From the NCBI GenBank assembly GCA_965263275.1, contig OZ253668.1:795154-859153 (forward strand): 64,000 bases of DNA, in the 5' to 3' direction. The translations under genes and the position numbers were made by a program. The notes below the pieces were generated by a model. It made no database searches, had not been told where the DNA came from, and saw only the letters and a list, made by a program, of their open reading frames with translations. Source of the DNA: Thermodesulfobacteriota bacterium. GTDB lineage: Bacteria > Desulfobacterota_D > UBA1144 > Nemesobacterales > Nemesobacteraceae. Position 1 is the first letter of the stretch. Every line of letters starts with the position of its first letter. This document shows, one piece after another, positions 32,287 through 41,790 of this stretch.

Positions 32287-33526
32287 CAAGACGATGGATA
32301 ACTTGGGAATAATAGCGGCCGGAGGACCCGCACCGGGAATAAACGGCGTGATAAGTTCAGCCACGATCGAGGCCAGGAACAGAGGGAAGAAAGTGATCGG
32401 CATTCTTGACGGGTTCAAATGGATTTCCAGGGGAGACACGTCAAAGATCCTGGATCTCAACATTCAGAACACATCAAGAATCCACACAACCGGCGGCTGC
32501 TTTATCGGAATATCCAGACAAAGCCCTCTTGTTACTGAGCAGACCTTTAAAAACACGGTTTCCTCGATTGAGAAACTGGGCATAGGCAACCTGATAACCA
32601 TAGGCGGCGACGGAACCATGTTTCTCGCAAAAACGCTTTACGAACACTTCGGGGGAAGACTAAAAATAGCGCACCTGCCCAAAACGATAGACAACAACAT
32701 AGCCCTTCCCGACTATATATCCACCTTCGGATTTGAAACCGCTAGGGATGTCGGGGCAAAGATAATGAATAACATAATGGAAGAGGCAAAAACTACGAGC
32801 AGGTGGTTTCTGATTATAACCATGGGCAGAAGAACGGGCCATCTGGCTCTTGGAATCGGGCAGGCTTCAGGAGCCACCATCACAATAATCCCCGAGGACT
32901 TCGAAGAGGAAAAAGTGCCGCTTGAAAAAGCCCTGGCTATTCTTGAGGGTTCCATAATAAAAAGAATGAGCATGGGAAGAGAGTACGGAGTGGCGATACT
33001 CGCTGAAGGGATGCTCGACAAGATAGATCCTGTCGACCTGGGGCTTATGGACAAGGACGGCATGGGAAGAATAAGATACGTGGACGTTAACTTCGGTCAG
33101 CTTCTGAAAAACTCTCTTGGCCAAAAGCTTTCAGAAAAAGGGGTTAACGTGGAGCTGGTGCACAAAAGACTGGGCTATGAACTGCGCTCGGCCGCTCCGA
33201 TTCCGTTTGACGTGGATTATACGCGAAAGCTAGGCTACTGCGCCGTCAAGTATCTGCTTGATGGAGAGGGAGGCGGGGCTCTTGTATACGTAAGAAGGGG
33301 AAAAATACAGGCGACCCCGTTTCAAGAACTCATAGATGAAGAAACAAATAGCATTAAGGTACGATATGTTGATAAGAACACAGAAGCCTATGAGGTCTCT
33401 CAGAAATACATGATCAAGTTAAACCGCGACGATATAGACACGCCTGCGACCCTGGAAAAACTCTCAAGACAGACCAACCTTACTAGCAGTGAATTCAGGG
33501 AGTACTTCTCAAAAATCTTCCGGTAA
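32279..33526 (+). CDS. pfk: 6-phosphofructokinase (group III, mixed ATP/PPi-type signatures)
   Basis: GIIAAGGPAPGINGVI, GGDGT and PKTIDNN motifs. The track ORF begins at 32255 and overlaps the rhomboid gene. Met at 32279 or 32294 is the likely start. Confidence 0.85.
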   Translation: MTSKTMDNLGIIAAGGPAPGINGVISSATIEARNRGKKVIGILDGFKWISRGDTSKILDLNIQNTSRIHTTGGCFIGISRQSPLVTEQTFKNTVSSIEKLGIGNLITIGGDGTMFLAKTLYEHFGGRLKIAHLPKTIDNNIALPDYISTFGFETARDVGAKIMNNIMEEAKTTSRWFLIITMGRRTGHLALGIGQASGATITIIPEDFEEEKVPLEKALAILEGSIIKRMSMGREYGVAILAEGMLDKIDPVDLGLMDKDGMGRIRYVDVNFGQLLKNSLGQKLSEKGVNVELVHKRLGYELRSAAPIPFDVDYTRKLGYCAVKYLLDGEGGGALVYVRRGKIQATPFQELIDEETNSIKVRYVDKNTEAYEVSQKYMIKLNRDDIDTPATLEKLSRQTNLTSSEFREYFSKIFR

Positions 33527-33536
33527 GGGGAATTAC

Positions 33537-33610
33537 AGCCGACGAGGGGATTCGAACCCCTGACCTGCTCATTACGAGTGAGCTGCTCTACCGGACTGAG
33601 CTACATCGGC
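33537..33610 (-). tRNA. tRNA-Thr (CGT)
   Basis: Minus strand GCCGATGTAGCTCAGTCCGGTAGAGC...anticodon loop CTCGTAA...GGTTCGAATCC...CGTCGGC-T. Confidence 0.8.
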
Positions 33611-33723
33611 AGTAATTATCCGTTTAATTATGACATAGGGAAAATTTTTGTGAACATTAAAGAAAGAGAATTTGGTGATTACCTCCATACTTGAAACAGA
33701 ACATAATCTGTCGCTAAAAACTT

Positions 33724-33754
33724 ACAACAAAATTGTTGTCAACAATTTTGTTGT
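33724..33754. repeat. perfect 31-nt palindrome (15-bp arms, 1-nt spacer), AT-rich
   Basis: ACAACAAAATTGTTG-T-CAACAATTTTGTTGT. It lies downstream of hemY and about 115 nt upstream (5') of tRNA-Thr. Confidence 0.5.
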
Positions 33755-33907
33755 ATAGCAGGGAAAAAATGGCCAGACATGTCGCCGAGCATAGTCAACC
33801 AAGTGAGAAACCCCTTGTAATTACATAGCGAAACACATTTGCGGAACCAGCATATGATCCTAGAAAATTAACGTTCTTCACCGCTTCCGCTTATATCCCG
33901 TTATAAA

Positions 33908-35305
33908 TCAACGGATCATATCCGCATAAATTTTTCTGGCCGCAAGTTCTGCTGAACGCACACAATCGGGAATTCCAACACCAGAATAGGCAGCTCCGCA
34001 AAGAGCAAGTCCCGAGTGGTGGGAAAGCCTGTGCATAACCCCTGAGATTTTTTCCTTATGTCCCAGCGCATAACGCGGCATGGACATCGGATATCTCCTG
34101 ATATGAGTTTCCGTCGGAGAGTTGTCACATCCGAATATTCTCGAAAGTTCCTCCATCAAAACGGCCTTTATCCTCTCCTCGTCCCAAAGAACCGCTTCGG
34201 GGTTAAGTTCTCCGCCAAAAAAACACCTGACCACAACTTTGTCGCTTCCGGATTTCTCAGGGAACTTGCTGCTGTATAACGAACACGCCACAAGATTCAT
34301 TTTCTCCACAGAAGGAATTATAATCCCCAAACCATCGGGAAGACCGCGGAAATCCTTTTCATCGAAGACAAGACTCGCGACAACGGAAGAGACATAGCGC
34401 ACATTTGAGAGTTCGGCTCCGAGCCGCGGATCAACATCAGAGAGCAGCAGCCCCGCCGTATCGGCGCGGGTGGACAGAACTACGGCGTCAAACTGTTCCT
34501 CTCCACGGTCAGAACCAAGAAGCCATCCCTTCCCCGATTTCTTAAGGGACAAGACCGCAGTCTCAAAATCCTGTCTCGCAAATTCGGCGCTTTCGCGAAG
34601 TTTCTCAACGATAACGGACATCCCCTGAGCGGGAGTTAAAAAAAGGCCGTACCTGGCACCACTTTCACCACGGGAGGTGGGAGGATTACGAAGAAGATCC
34701 CAAAGAACGCTTCCGCTTCGCTTCTCCATTTCAAGGAACTGTGGCATGGTGGACGAAAGACTGAGCTTGTCCGGGTCGGCCATGTAGATTCCGCCTAGAA
34801 GAGGCTGCGCGGCCTTGTCAAAAATTTCCCTTCCGAATCTCCTTTCCACAAACGAAGAGACGCTTTCATCCTCTCCGCCGCCGCGCGGAACCAGGGGTTC
34901 AAGAAGCACCCTAAGTTTGGCTCCGGCGCTGAACAGCCCGCAGCGCAGGAAGGGCAGAAGCTTTGAGGGAGCCATGAGAAAAAAACCTTCGGGAAGTGCT
35001 TGCAGCTTCCCGCCGTGATATACAAACGTGTTTTTCCCGCTGCCGTAACCCACTCCGAGGAGCGAATTCTCAAGTCCCAGTTCTTTTGCAAGATCAAGCG
35101 CCCAGGGCTTTGACGTTATGAAGGAGTCGGGACCAAGTTCAAGAACCATATCCCCCTTTTTTACAGTATCGAAAACCCCGCCCAGGCGGTTTGAGGACTC
35201 AAAAAGAACAAGTTCGAGAGGAACACTCTCCTCCCGGCAAAGCTTTCTCAGATAATGGGCAGAGGAAAGACCCGAGATCCCTGCGCCGACAATCGCGACT
35301 TTCAT
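33908..35305 (-). CDS. hemY: FAD-dependent protoporphyrinogen/coproporphyrinogen III oxidase (HemY family)
   Basis: Rossmann dinucleotide motif VAIVGAGISGLSSA. The 465 aa length is PPOX/CgoX-like. It is last in a hemE-hemH-hemY cluster. Confidence 0.75.
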   Translation of the reverse strand: MKVAIVGAGISGLSSAHYLRKLCREESVPLELVLFESSNRLGGVFDTVKKGDMVLELGPDSFITSKPWALDLAKELGLENSLLGVGYGSGKNTFVYHGGKLQALPEGFFLMAPSKLLPFLRCGLFSAGAKLRVLLEPLVPRGGGEDESVSSFVERRFGREIFDKAAQPLLGGIYMADPDKLSLSSTMPQFLEMEKRSGSVLWDLLRNPPTSRGESGARYGLFLTPAQGMSVIVEKLRESAEFARQDFETAVLSLKKSGKGWLLGSDRGEEQFDAVVLSTRADTAGLLLSDVDPRLGAELSNVRYVSSVVASLVFDEKDFRGLPDGLGIIIPSVEKMNLVACSLYSSKFPEKSGSDKVVVRCFFGGELNPEAVLWDEERIKAVLMEELSRIFGCDNSPTETHIRRYPMSMPRYALGHKEKISGVMHRLSHHSGLALCGAAYSGVGIPDCVRSAELAARKIYADMIR

Positions 35306-35320
35306 ACCGAACTATCTTAC

Positions 35321-36262
35321 TTATTGCTGGGAGTTTTCTGAATTGAAGAGTCTCAGCACCCCGTCACCGAGGGCCATTATGTAGCGGTCATCATCGTTCA
35401 CAGTCTCGGCCCTGTGCAGGTTCACTCCGCACTCGCGCGCGGCCTCGCTGGCCTCAACCCCTATATCGAAAAGCACTTCAATATGATCGCACACAAACCC
35501 TATCGGCTGAACCACAATGTCGGTGAAACCCTGGTCAGCGAGATTCCTTATCACATCGCATATGTCCGGCTCAAGCCACTTTTCGTTCGGAGAGCCGCTT
35601 CTGCTTTGATAGGCGGTCATCCATTTTTTGTGCCCGGCTCCGTCTGCCACCAGCATGGCGGAAGTTTCAAACTGCAAGGCATAGGGGGATGAATCCGACA
35701 TTTTCTGCGGAATGCTGTGAGCGGTAAAGACGAGCATAGTGGTATCAAGCCTGTCCGCGGGAATCTCGCGCAGACATTCGATGACCTTGCCCGCAGAGCT
35801 CTCTATGAAAAAAGGATGATTGAAAAGCGGCGGGACGTATTCCACGTGAAGCTCCATCCTGAGATCTTCGCAAGCCTCGCTTACATCCCTCATGTATCTC
35901 TCCCAACTCGCATCGGAGCGGTAAACGGCCATTATGAGGCCTACGAGGTTTTTCACCCCATTTTCCCGCATGCTCTCAAGAGAGTCCTTAATGAACGGAT
36001 GCCAGTTTCTCATTCCGACGTAAACCGGAAGACCGTACCCGTGTTCCGAAAGAAGCTTCTCAAGTTTTTGAGCCTGCTTGTACGTGAATTCGTTCAGAGG
36101 AGATTTTCCGTCGAAGATTTCGTAGTGATGGGCAACTTCCCGCAGCCTGTCCTCGGGTATCGGTCTTCCGCCCGCTACATTTCTTAGAAAGGGCATTATG
36201 TCCTGTTTTTTCTCGGGGGCGCCGTATCCGATCATCATTATCGCGTCAAAATTTTTTGCCAT
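35321..36262 (-). CDS. hemH: ferrochelatase (or coproporphyrin ferrochelatase)
   Basis: 313 aa, MMIGYGAP...VFTAHSIP...QPIGFVCDHIEVLFD motifs of ferrochelatase. Confidence 0.9.
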   Translation of the reverse strand: MAKNFDAIMMIGYGAPEKKQDIMPFLRNVAGGRPIPEDRLREVAHHYEIFDGKSPLNEFTYKQAQKLEKLLSEHGYGLPVYVGMRNWHPFIKDSLESMRENGVKNLVGLIMAVYRSDASWERYMRDVSEACEDLRMELHVEYVPPLFNHPFFIESSAGKVIECLREIPADRLDTTMLVFTAHSIPQKMSDSSPYALQFETSAMLVADGAGHKKWMTAYQSRSGSPNEKWLEPDICDVIRNLADQGFTDIVVQPIGFVCDHIEVLFDIGVEASEAARECGVNLHRAETVNDDDRYIMALGDGVLRLFNSENSQQ

Positions 36263-36274
36263 ACAGCTTTTCTC

Positions 36275-38236
36275 CTAAATACCTGTTCCCGCGGAGTACT
36301 GGTGAACTTCATCAATCAGCCTGAGAACATTGTCAACCGGTGTCTGCGGCAGTACTCCGTGACCCAGGTTGAATATGTGGCCGGGCTTCCCTCCTACCCT
36401 GTCCAGTATCTTCCTTGCCTCCTCAACGACGTGAGAGGGGGTTGAGAGCATAGAAACGGGATCAAGATTCCCCTGAACCGCAAGAGAGCTGCCGGCTCTG
36501 CGCCAGCCGTCAAGAATATCGACCCTCCAGTCAAGACCGATAACTCCAGCTCCGGTCCTCCCCATGAGTTCGAGAAGAGAGCCGGTTGCGGTCCCGAACA
36601 ATATTACCGGAACACCCGACGGGAGCGTGGAGATGAGTTTCTTTACGTGCGGAAAGATGAACTTTTCATAATCCGCAGGAGAGAGACAACCTACCCAGCT
36701 GTCGAAAATCTGCACTGCATCGGCCCCTGCTTCCACCTGAGCGCAAAGGTAGTCCGAAATGCTCGCGGTCAGAATTTCCATAAGCCTCTCCCACAAAGAA
36801 GGGTCCCCGTACATAAGCTTTTTCGTGTTGACGTAGTTTCTTGAGCCCCTTCCCTCAATCGCGTACGACGCTACGGTAAACGGAGCGCCGGCAAAACCCA
36901 GAAGCGAAACTTCGGGATCAAGCGCCTCTCTGGTAGTACGCACAGCCTGGTAGACAAAGTCCATGCTTTCCGGATGAAATTCTCTCAGGGCCTCTATGCG
37001 TTTTCGTGTTCGAAGGGGGTTGGCTATCACGGGACCGTCAACGCTTGAATACTCAAGCGAAAGCCCCAGGGGTTCCAGGATAAGCAGTATGTCGGAGAAA
37101 ATGATAGCCGCGTCCACGCCGAGTCGGTCAACCGTCATAAGCGTAATTTCCGAAGCTATGTCCGGGGTCTTGCAAAGCTCCATGAACGGAACGCGGGAGC
37201 GGACCTCTCTGTATTCCCGGAGAAACCTGCCCGCCTGGCGCATAAGCCAGATGGGAGTATGATCGGCTTTCTCGAGCCGGCACGCCTTCATAAACGCCCC
37301 CGCGGACGTAATTTCGCTTCTTCGGGCCCGCGTGCCGTCCCCAGACCAGACCATCTGCGTACGGCTCCAGTTTCGGGTATCGACACCGTTTTGAAAGGCG
37401 GTTCTTTTTTTCGCCAGAAGCGCCGCGGACCTTCTGGCCGTCTCTCTCACCAGATTTCCCATTTTCGGGCTGTCGGGCTCATAGTCAACGGATATTCCGT
37501 TTCCTCTAAGCGTTTCGGTAGTGGATGGTCCGATTGAACATATAAGAGCTTTTTTCATCCCCTCCATAAATTCAGTGGCACACTCGTGCGTACCTGCCAC
37601 CTCAAAAAGATTGGATACCTGCCGGGAACTTGTGAACAGCAGACAATCCTCAGCGCCCTCGGATATGGACCTTACCGCGTCCTGCAGGGGACCCAGATCC
37701 TCCGGCAGCGCCCATCTGTAAATTGGAATTCTTCTTACGTCCGCCCCTCTTTTTTCAAGGGAAGCGAGAAATTCTTCATTGGAAACGCCGTATTCCTGAA
37801 CATACACGACCAGGTCTTCAAGCGACATGTCCCTCTGGTCAAAAGTGGAGAGTATATCCCTCCACGTGTTCGGTTCAGAAACGGTGATATCAGGCCTCAT
37901 GCCGAATCTGCGAAGGGCCGCGACGGGTTTCGGACCTCTTGTGAGAATCGTTGTTGAGCGCAGAGCCTCAACATACTCTTTTTCCCCGGACTCCTCGATT
38001 ACCATGTCGGAGAGAATTCGGGTTCCCACCCCAGTCATCAGAATAAGCATATCAACGTTGCCGGAGAAAAGGTCATCAGCAAACCTGACAACGTAAGGAC
38101 TTTTCAGATCAGGGACTTCCCTCATCGAGGGCGCGACCCTGGGGACACCGCCGTGATAAGAGATAAGTTTTTTCATCTCCTCACAGCGACGACTTTCAAA
38201 AGACGTCACCTTAAGTCCGTTAAAACCCTGTTTCAT
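36275..38236 (-). CDS. hemE: apparent bifunctional uroporphyrinogen-III synthase (HemD, aa 1 to about 275) / uroporphyrinogen decarboxylase (HemE, aa about 316-653)
   Basis: N-terminal HEM4/HemD-like domain, then PIWLMRQAGRFLREY (URO-D signature 1) and the full HemE domain. About 35-residue non-conserved linker contains an A7/T7 homopolymer at 37405-37411. Confidence 0.8.
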   Translation of the reverse strand: MKQGFNGLKVTSFESRRCEEMKKLISYHGGVPRVAPSMREVPDLKSPYVVRFADDLFSGNVDMLILMTGVGTRILSDMVIEESGEKEYVEALRSTTILTRGPKPVAALRRFGMRPDITVSEPNTWRDILSTFDQRDMSLEDLVVYVQEYGVSNEEFLASLEKRGADVRRIPIYRWALPEDLGPLQDAVRSISEGAEDCLLFTSSRQVSNLFEVAGTHECATEFMEGMKKALICSIGPSTTETLRGNGISVDYEPDSPKMGNLVRETARRSAALLAKKRTAFQNGVDTRNWSRTQMVWSGDGTRARRSEITSAGAFMKACRLEKADHTPIWLMRQAGRFLREYREVRSRVPFMELCKTPDIASEITLMTVDRLGVDAAIIFSDILLILEPLGLSLEYSSVDGPVIANPLRTRKRIEALREFHPESMDFVYQAVRTTREALDPEVSLLGFAGAPFTVASYAIEGRGSRNYVNTKKLMYGDPSLWERLMEILTASISDYLCAQVEAGADAVQIFDSWVGCLSPADYEKFIFPHVKKLISTLPSGVPVILFGTATGSLLELMGRTGAGVIGLDWRVDILDGWRRAGSSLAVQGNLDPVSMLSTPSHVVEEARKILDRVGGKPGHIFNLGHGVLPQTPVDNVLRLIDEVHQYSAGTGI

Positions 38237-38279
38237 GACTTAATCCCAAGTTCAGGAGCCAAAACCACTACCTTCGATA

Positions 38280-39545
38280 CTATAGGAATTCCGCAATGCT
38301 CTCGGCTTTCAGCATATCCTCTAGAGTCTCCCTGGCCCTTATCTCGCAGTATCTTTCACCGCTTACAAGAACTTCTGCCGCCCGGGGCCTCGTATTGTAA
38401 TTCGACGACATCACGAAACCGTAGGCTCCCGCGCTGAAAACCGCAAGCAGTTCGCCCGCGGAAACCGCGGGAAGACTTCTGTCTCTGGCCAGAAAATCTC
38501 CCGATTCGCATATGGGACCTACTATATCCACCACCCCGCAGGACTCAGAATCTCCCCCGCGCACCGGTTCTATCCGGTGAAAGGAATCGTAAAACGCGGG
38601 TCTCACAAGATCGTTCATCGCGGCGTCAACTATTACGAATTTCTTTGAAGTTCCCTCTTTAATATAAAGCACCTTGGTAGCCATTATTCCCGCGTTGCCC
38701 ACCATTGATCTTCCGGGTTCAAGGACCAGCCTGTAACCGGTATCGCGAAGATGTTCCTCAAAAACTTGCGCGTACTCAGATTTCGCCGGAGGTTTTTCCC
38801 CGCTCTCGTAGCTTATCGCCAGCCCCCCTCCTATATCTATGTAGGAGATTTCAATCCCGTCGCTCCCAAGTCTGTCAGCAAGATAAACCAGCTTTGATAT
38901 GGACTCGGAAAAAGAGGAAAGATCAAATATCTGGGAACCTATATGGGCATCAATTCCCCTTATCTCAATTCCCTTCATCCGCGAGGCGTCTCTGTAAACA
39001 TCCATCGCTTTTTCGATTCCGATTCCAAACTTGCTTTTCTCAAAACCCGTTGATATGTACGGATGTGTATCGGGATTAATATCAGGATTCACCCTTATCG
39101 CAACCGGAGCCTTTTCCCCGATGGAAACGGCCACATCGTTTATATTTTGAAGCTCCGCTTCGGACTCCACGTTGAAAAAAAGTATCCCGGCGCGAAGTGC
39201 GGCTTCTATTTCCTCTTCGGTCTTTCCGACTCCCGAGAATACCACTTTCGAGGGGTCTCCCCCCGCGGCAATCACCCTCCGCAATTCCCCCGACGAGACG
39301 ATATCGAAACCGCTGTCCATGGAGGAGAAGATCTTCAGTACGGATATATTTGAGTTCGCCTTAACGGAATAGCAGATCAGGGGATCGATTTCACAAAACG
39401 CCTGCTTATATTCAAGGAAGCTTGACCTGATGTAATTGTGGCTATAGATATAGATGGGAGTGCCCAGATTCTCGCATATCTCTCGCACCGGAACTTTTTC
39501 CACGTAAAGTTCGCCGTTGGTATATTCAAAATCGAAAGTCATCAT
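38280..39545 (-). CDS. lysA: diaminopimelate decarboxylase
   Basis: GTPIYIYS...CYSVKAN (PLP Lys region)...EPGRSMVGNAG...CESGD motifs. The track ORF extends to 39653, but conservation begins at MMTFDF (Met37). Confidence 0.9.
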   Translation of the reverse strand: MMTFDFEYTNGELYVEKVPVREICENLGTPIYIYSHNYIRSSFLEYKQAFCEIDPLICYSVKANSNISVLKIFSSMDSGFDIVSSGELRRVIAAGGDPSKVVFSGVGKTEEEIEAALRAGILFFNVESEAELQNINDVAVSIGEKAPVAIRVNPDINPDTHPYISTGFEKSKFGIGIEKAMDVYRDASRMKGIEIRGIDAHIGSQIFDLSSFSESISKLVYLADRLGSDGIEISYIDIGGGLAISYESGEKPPAKSEYAQVFEEHLRDTGYRLVLEPGRSMVGNAGIMATKVLYIKEGTSKKFVIVDAAMNDLVRPAFYDSFHRIEPVRGGDSESCGVVDIVGPICESGDFLARDRSLPAVSAGELLAVFSAGAYGFVMSSNYNTRPRAAEVLVSGERYCEIRARETLEDMLKAESIAEFL

Positions 39546-39688
39546 ATAAGTCCCCGCAGGTTTGAAGGTAGAAAATTTACCCGAAAAAAACAGTGGAAAA
39601 CAATTACCGACCCCGCATCCGACTGAAGTTCTCAAGCTCCCGGACATAAGCAATGATGAATGAAGTAAACTCCCCCCTTCAAATTTTG

Positions 39689-39717
39689 CTTGGACAAAAC
39701 CCAGATTTGTTTTATAA
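39689..39717 (+). promoter_or_regulatory. sigma70-type promoter upstream of exbB
   Basis: TTGGAC, a 17-nt spacer, then TATAAT (perfect -10), about 70 nt upstream of the exbB ATG. Confidence 0.45.
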
Positions 39718-39785
39718 TGGTTTCGTCGTACCTAGAACCTAAACTTTTGGAGCGAAAACCTCTCTTTAATCAAGGATAAATTCCC

Positions 39786-40406
39786 ATGGACGCAATTGTT
39801 GATCTGTTTACCAAGGGCGGAATATATATTTTCCCCCTCATTTTATGTTCCATATTCGGACTTGCAATTTTTCTGCAGAAGCTTCATACGCTTCAGAAGA
39901 AAAAGCTTCTTCCGCAAGAATTTCTTTCAAGCTTGTATGAGGCTGTCGAGACAAAGGGGCTTGACGAAGCGAAATCGCTTTGCGCTTCAAACGACTCCGC
40001 GGCAGCAAGGATAGCGCTTGTCGCCGCAGAGAACTCAGGCAAATCGAAAGCCGAGATGCAGGAAGCGATCGAGACGGCCGGGAAAGCGGAGACGCAAGGT
40101 CTTGAAAAATATATTGAGACTCTGCTCACCATAAGCAGCATAAGTACTCTAATAGGGCTTCTCGGAACGATATCGGGCATGATAAAGGTGTTCGCCGTCA
40201 TATCGGAGAAGGATATAGTGGATCCGCCTTCCCTCGCGGGAGGTATCTCAGAAGCCCTTTACACAACGGCCCTCGGACTCACGATAGCGATTCCGGCACT
40301 CATAGCCTACAAGTACACCGACGGGAAATTCAAGGAGATACTTTCCGAGCTTGAGGACGAAGGCAAGAAAATACTGGAGGCTTTTTCCGCAAAGACATCC
40401 CTATGA
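39786..40406 (+). CDS. MotA/TolQ/ExbB proton-channel family protein
   Basis: 206 aa, three TM segments and the conserved GLLGTISGMIKVF...ALYTTALGLTIAIPAL region. A near-consensus sigma70 promoter lies upstream. Confidence 0.75.
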   Translation: MDAIVDLFTKGGIYIFPLILCSIFGLAIFLQKLHTLQKKKLLPQEFLSSLYEAVETKGLDEAKSLCASNDSAAARIALVAAENSGKSKAEMQEAIETAGKAETQGLEKYIETLLTISSISTLIGLLGTISGMIKVFAVISEKDIVDPPSLAGGISEALYTTALGLTIAIPALIAYKYTDGKFKEILSELEDEGKKILEAFSAKTSL

Positions 40407-40804
40407 ACTTCAGGACAAAGAAAAGTTCTGGTGCAAGATACGGCATAGACCTCGCCCCTATAGTGGACGTGGTTTTTAATCTCCTTATTTTCTTCGCCCT
40501 TACACTGAACTTCGCCATATCAAGCGGCATAAAAGTCAACCTGCCGAAAGCGACCGGTGAAATCGTGGAGATAAGAGACGTAAACATAAACATTGCCAAA
40601 GACGGAAAAGTTTACTTCAACGACATACTTATGCCCTCCGCTAACTCCTTAAAACGCGAGTTCCAGAAAATACCTGACAAAGACACCCTGATAATAATCA
40701 GAGCTGATTCCGAGGCCCTGCACGGCCCGGTGGTAAGCACCATGGATCTGGCGAAAACCCAAGGGTTCTCAAAAATAGCAATCGGAGTTGAGCCGAAGCG
40801 ATAA
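40403..40804 (+). CDS. ExbD/TolR biopolymer transport protein
   Basis: 133 aa, single N-terminal TM (IDLAPIVDVVFNLLIFF) plus a periplasmic domain. The start overlaps the exbB stop (ATGA). Confidence 0.7.
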   Translation: MNFRTKKSSGARYGIDLAPIVDVVFNLLIFFALTLNFAISSGIKVNLPKATGEIVEIRDVNINIAKDGKVYFNDILMPSANSLKREFQKIPDKDTLIIIRADSEALHGPVVSTMDLAKTQGFSKIAIGVEPKR

Positions 40805-40860
40805 AACTCCCCCCAATCATTCCCCCGACAATCCGGCGACCCTGACGATAACAGAAGAAG

Positions 40861-41790
40861 TTGAACTCTCTTAAAGACTTGGTAACAAGGTTTTTCATAC
40901 TCTGGATAATACTGTTTTCGGCTGTTGCGTACTTGTTTCCCTCCGTTTTTGAAAATCTCGGTTTCCTCATAGTTCCCATGCTCGCTGTGATAATGTTCGC
41001 GATGGGCATAACCCTCAGGACCGATGACTTCAGGAGGGTTTTTTCAAGACCGCTTGAGATCCTGGCGGGGATTTCCGCTCAGTACGTCGTGATGCCTTTT
41101 CTGGGTTTCATCCTCGCCCTTGCGTTCGGGGTAAGCCCTTTGATTGCTGCGGGGGTCGTTCTTGTGGGTTCGTGCCCCGGGGGAACCGCATCAAACGTGA
41201 TCACTTACCTGGCAAGGGGCGACCTGGCGCTTTCAGTAACGCTTACGTCGGTTTCAACACTCCTGTGCCCGTTTCTGCTGCCCGCACTAATGTACGTTTA
41301 CGCGGGAAGGTGGATAGACGTTCCGATGGTCGATCTTTTCATCTCGGCACTTCAGATAGTACTGCTGCCGGTACTTCTGGGAGTGATTTCAAGAAAAATG
41401 CTCGGGAGAAAATTAGAGACGGTCCTGCCTTTTCTACCCTCCTTATCGTCTCTGGTGATAGCGCTTGTGGTAGGAATAATCGTGGCTTTGAACGCAGAAT
41501 CCATAAAAACCATCGGCGCGGTAGTTTTCCTTATCGTAGTTATTCATAACACTCTGGGTCTTGCGTGCGGTTACCTTATAGCGAAGGCGCTGGGTTTCGG
41601 AGAAAGCAGCGCCAGGGCGATATCCATAGAGGTGGGAATGCAGAACTCGGGGTTAGCGGCGGCTCTTTCCCAGTTGCATTTCGGTTATCTCTCCGCACTT
41701 CCCGCGGCGCTTTTCAGCATCTGGCATAATATCTCGGGCGGAGCGATAGCGTGGTTATGGAGAAACAGCAGCATTCATGAACAAAACTGA
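40861..41790 (+). CDS. bile acid:sodium symporter (BASS/SBF) family transporter
   Basis: 309 aa polytopic membrane protein, GSCPGGTASNVITYLARGD signature region. Confidence 0.65.
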   Translation: MNSLKDLVTRFFILWIILFSAVAYLFPSVFENLGFLIVPMLAVIMFAMGITLRTDDFRRVFSRPLEILAGISAQYVVMPFLGFILALAFGVSPLIAAGVVLVGSCPGGTASNVITYLARGDLALSVTLTSVSTLLCPFLLPALMYVYAGRWIDVPMVDLFISALQIVLLPVLLGVISRKMLGRKLETVLPFLPSLSSLVIALVVGIIVALNAESIKTIGAVVFLIVVIHNTLGLACGYLIAKALGFGESSARAISIEVGMQNSGLAAALSQLHFGYLSALPAALFSIWHNISGGAIAWLWRNSSIHEQN

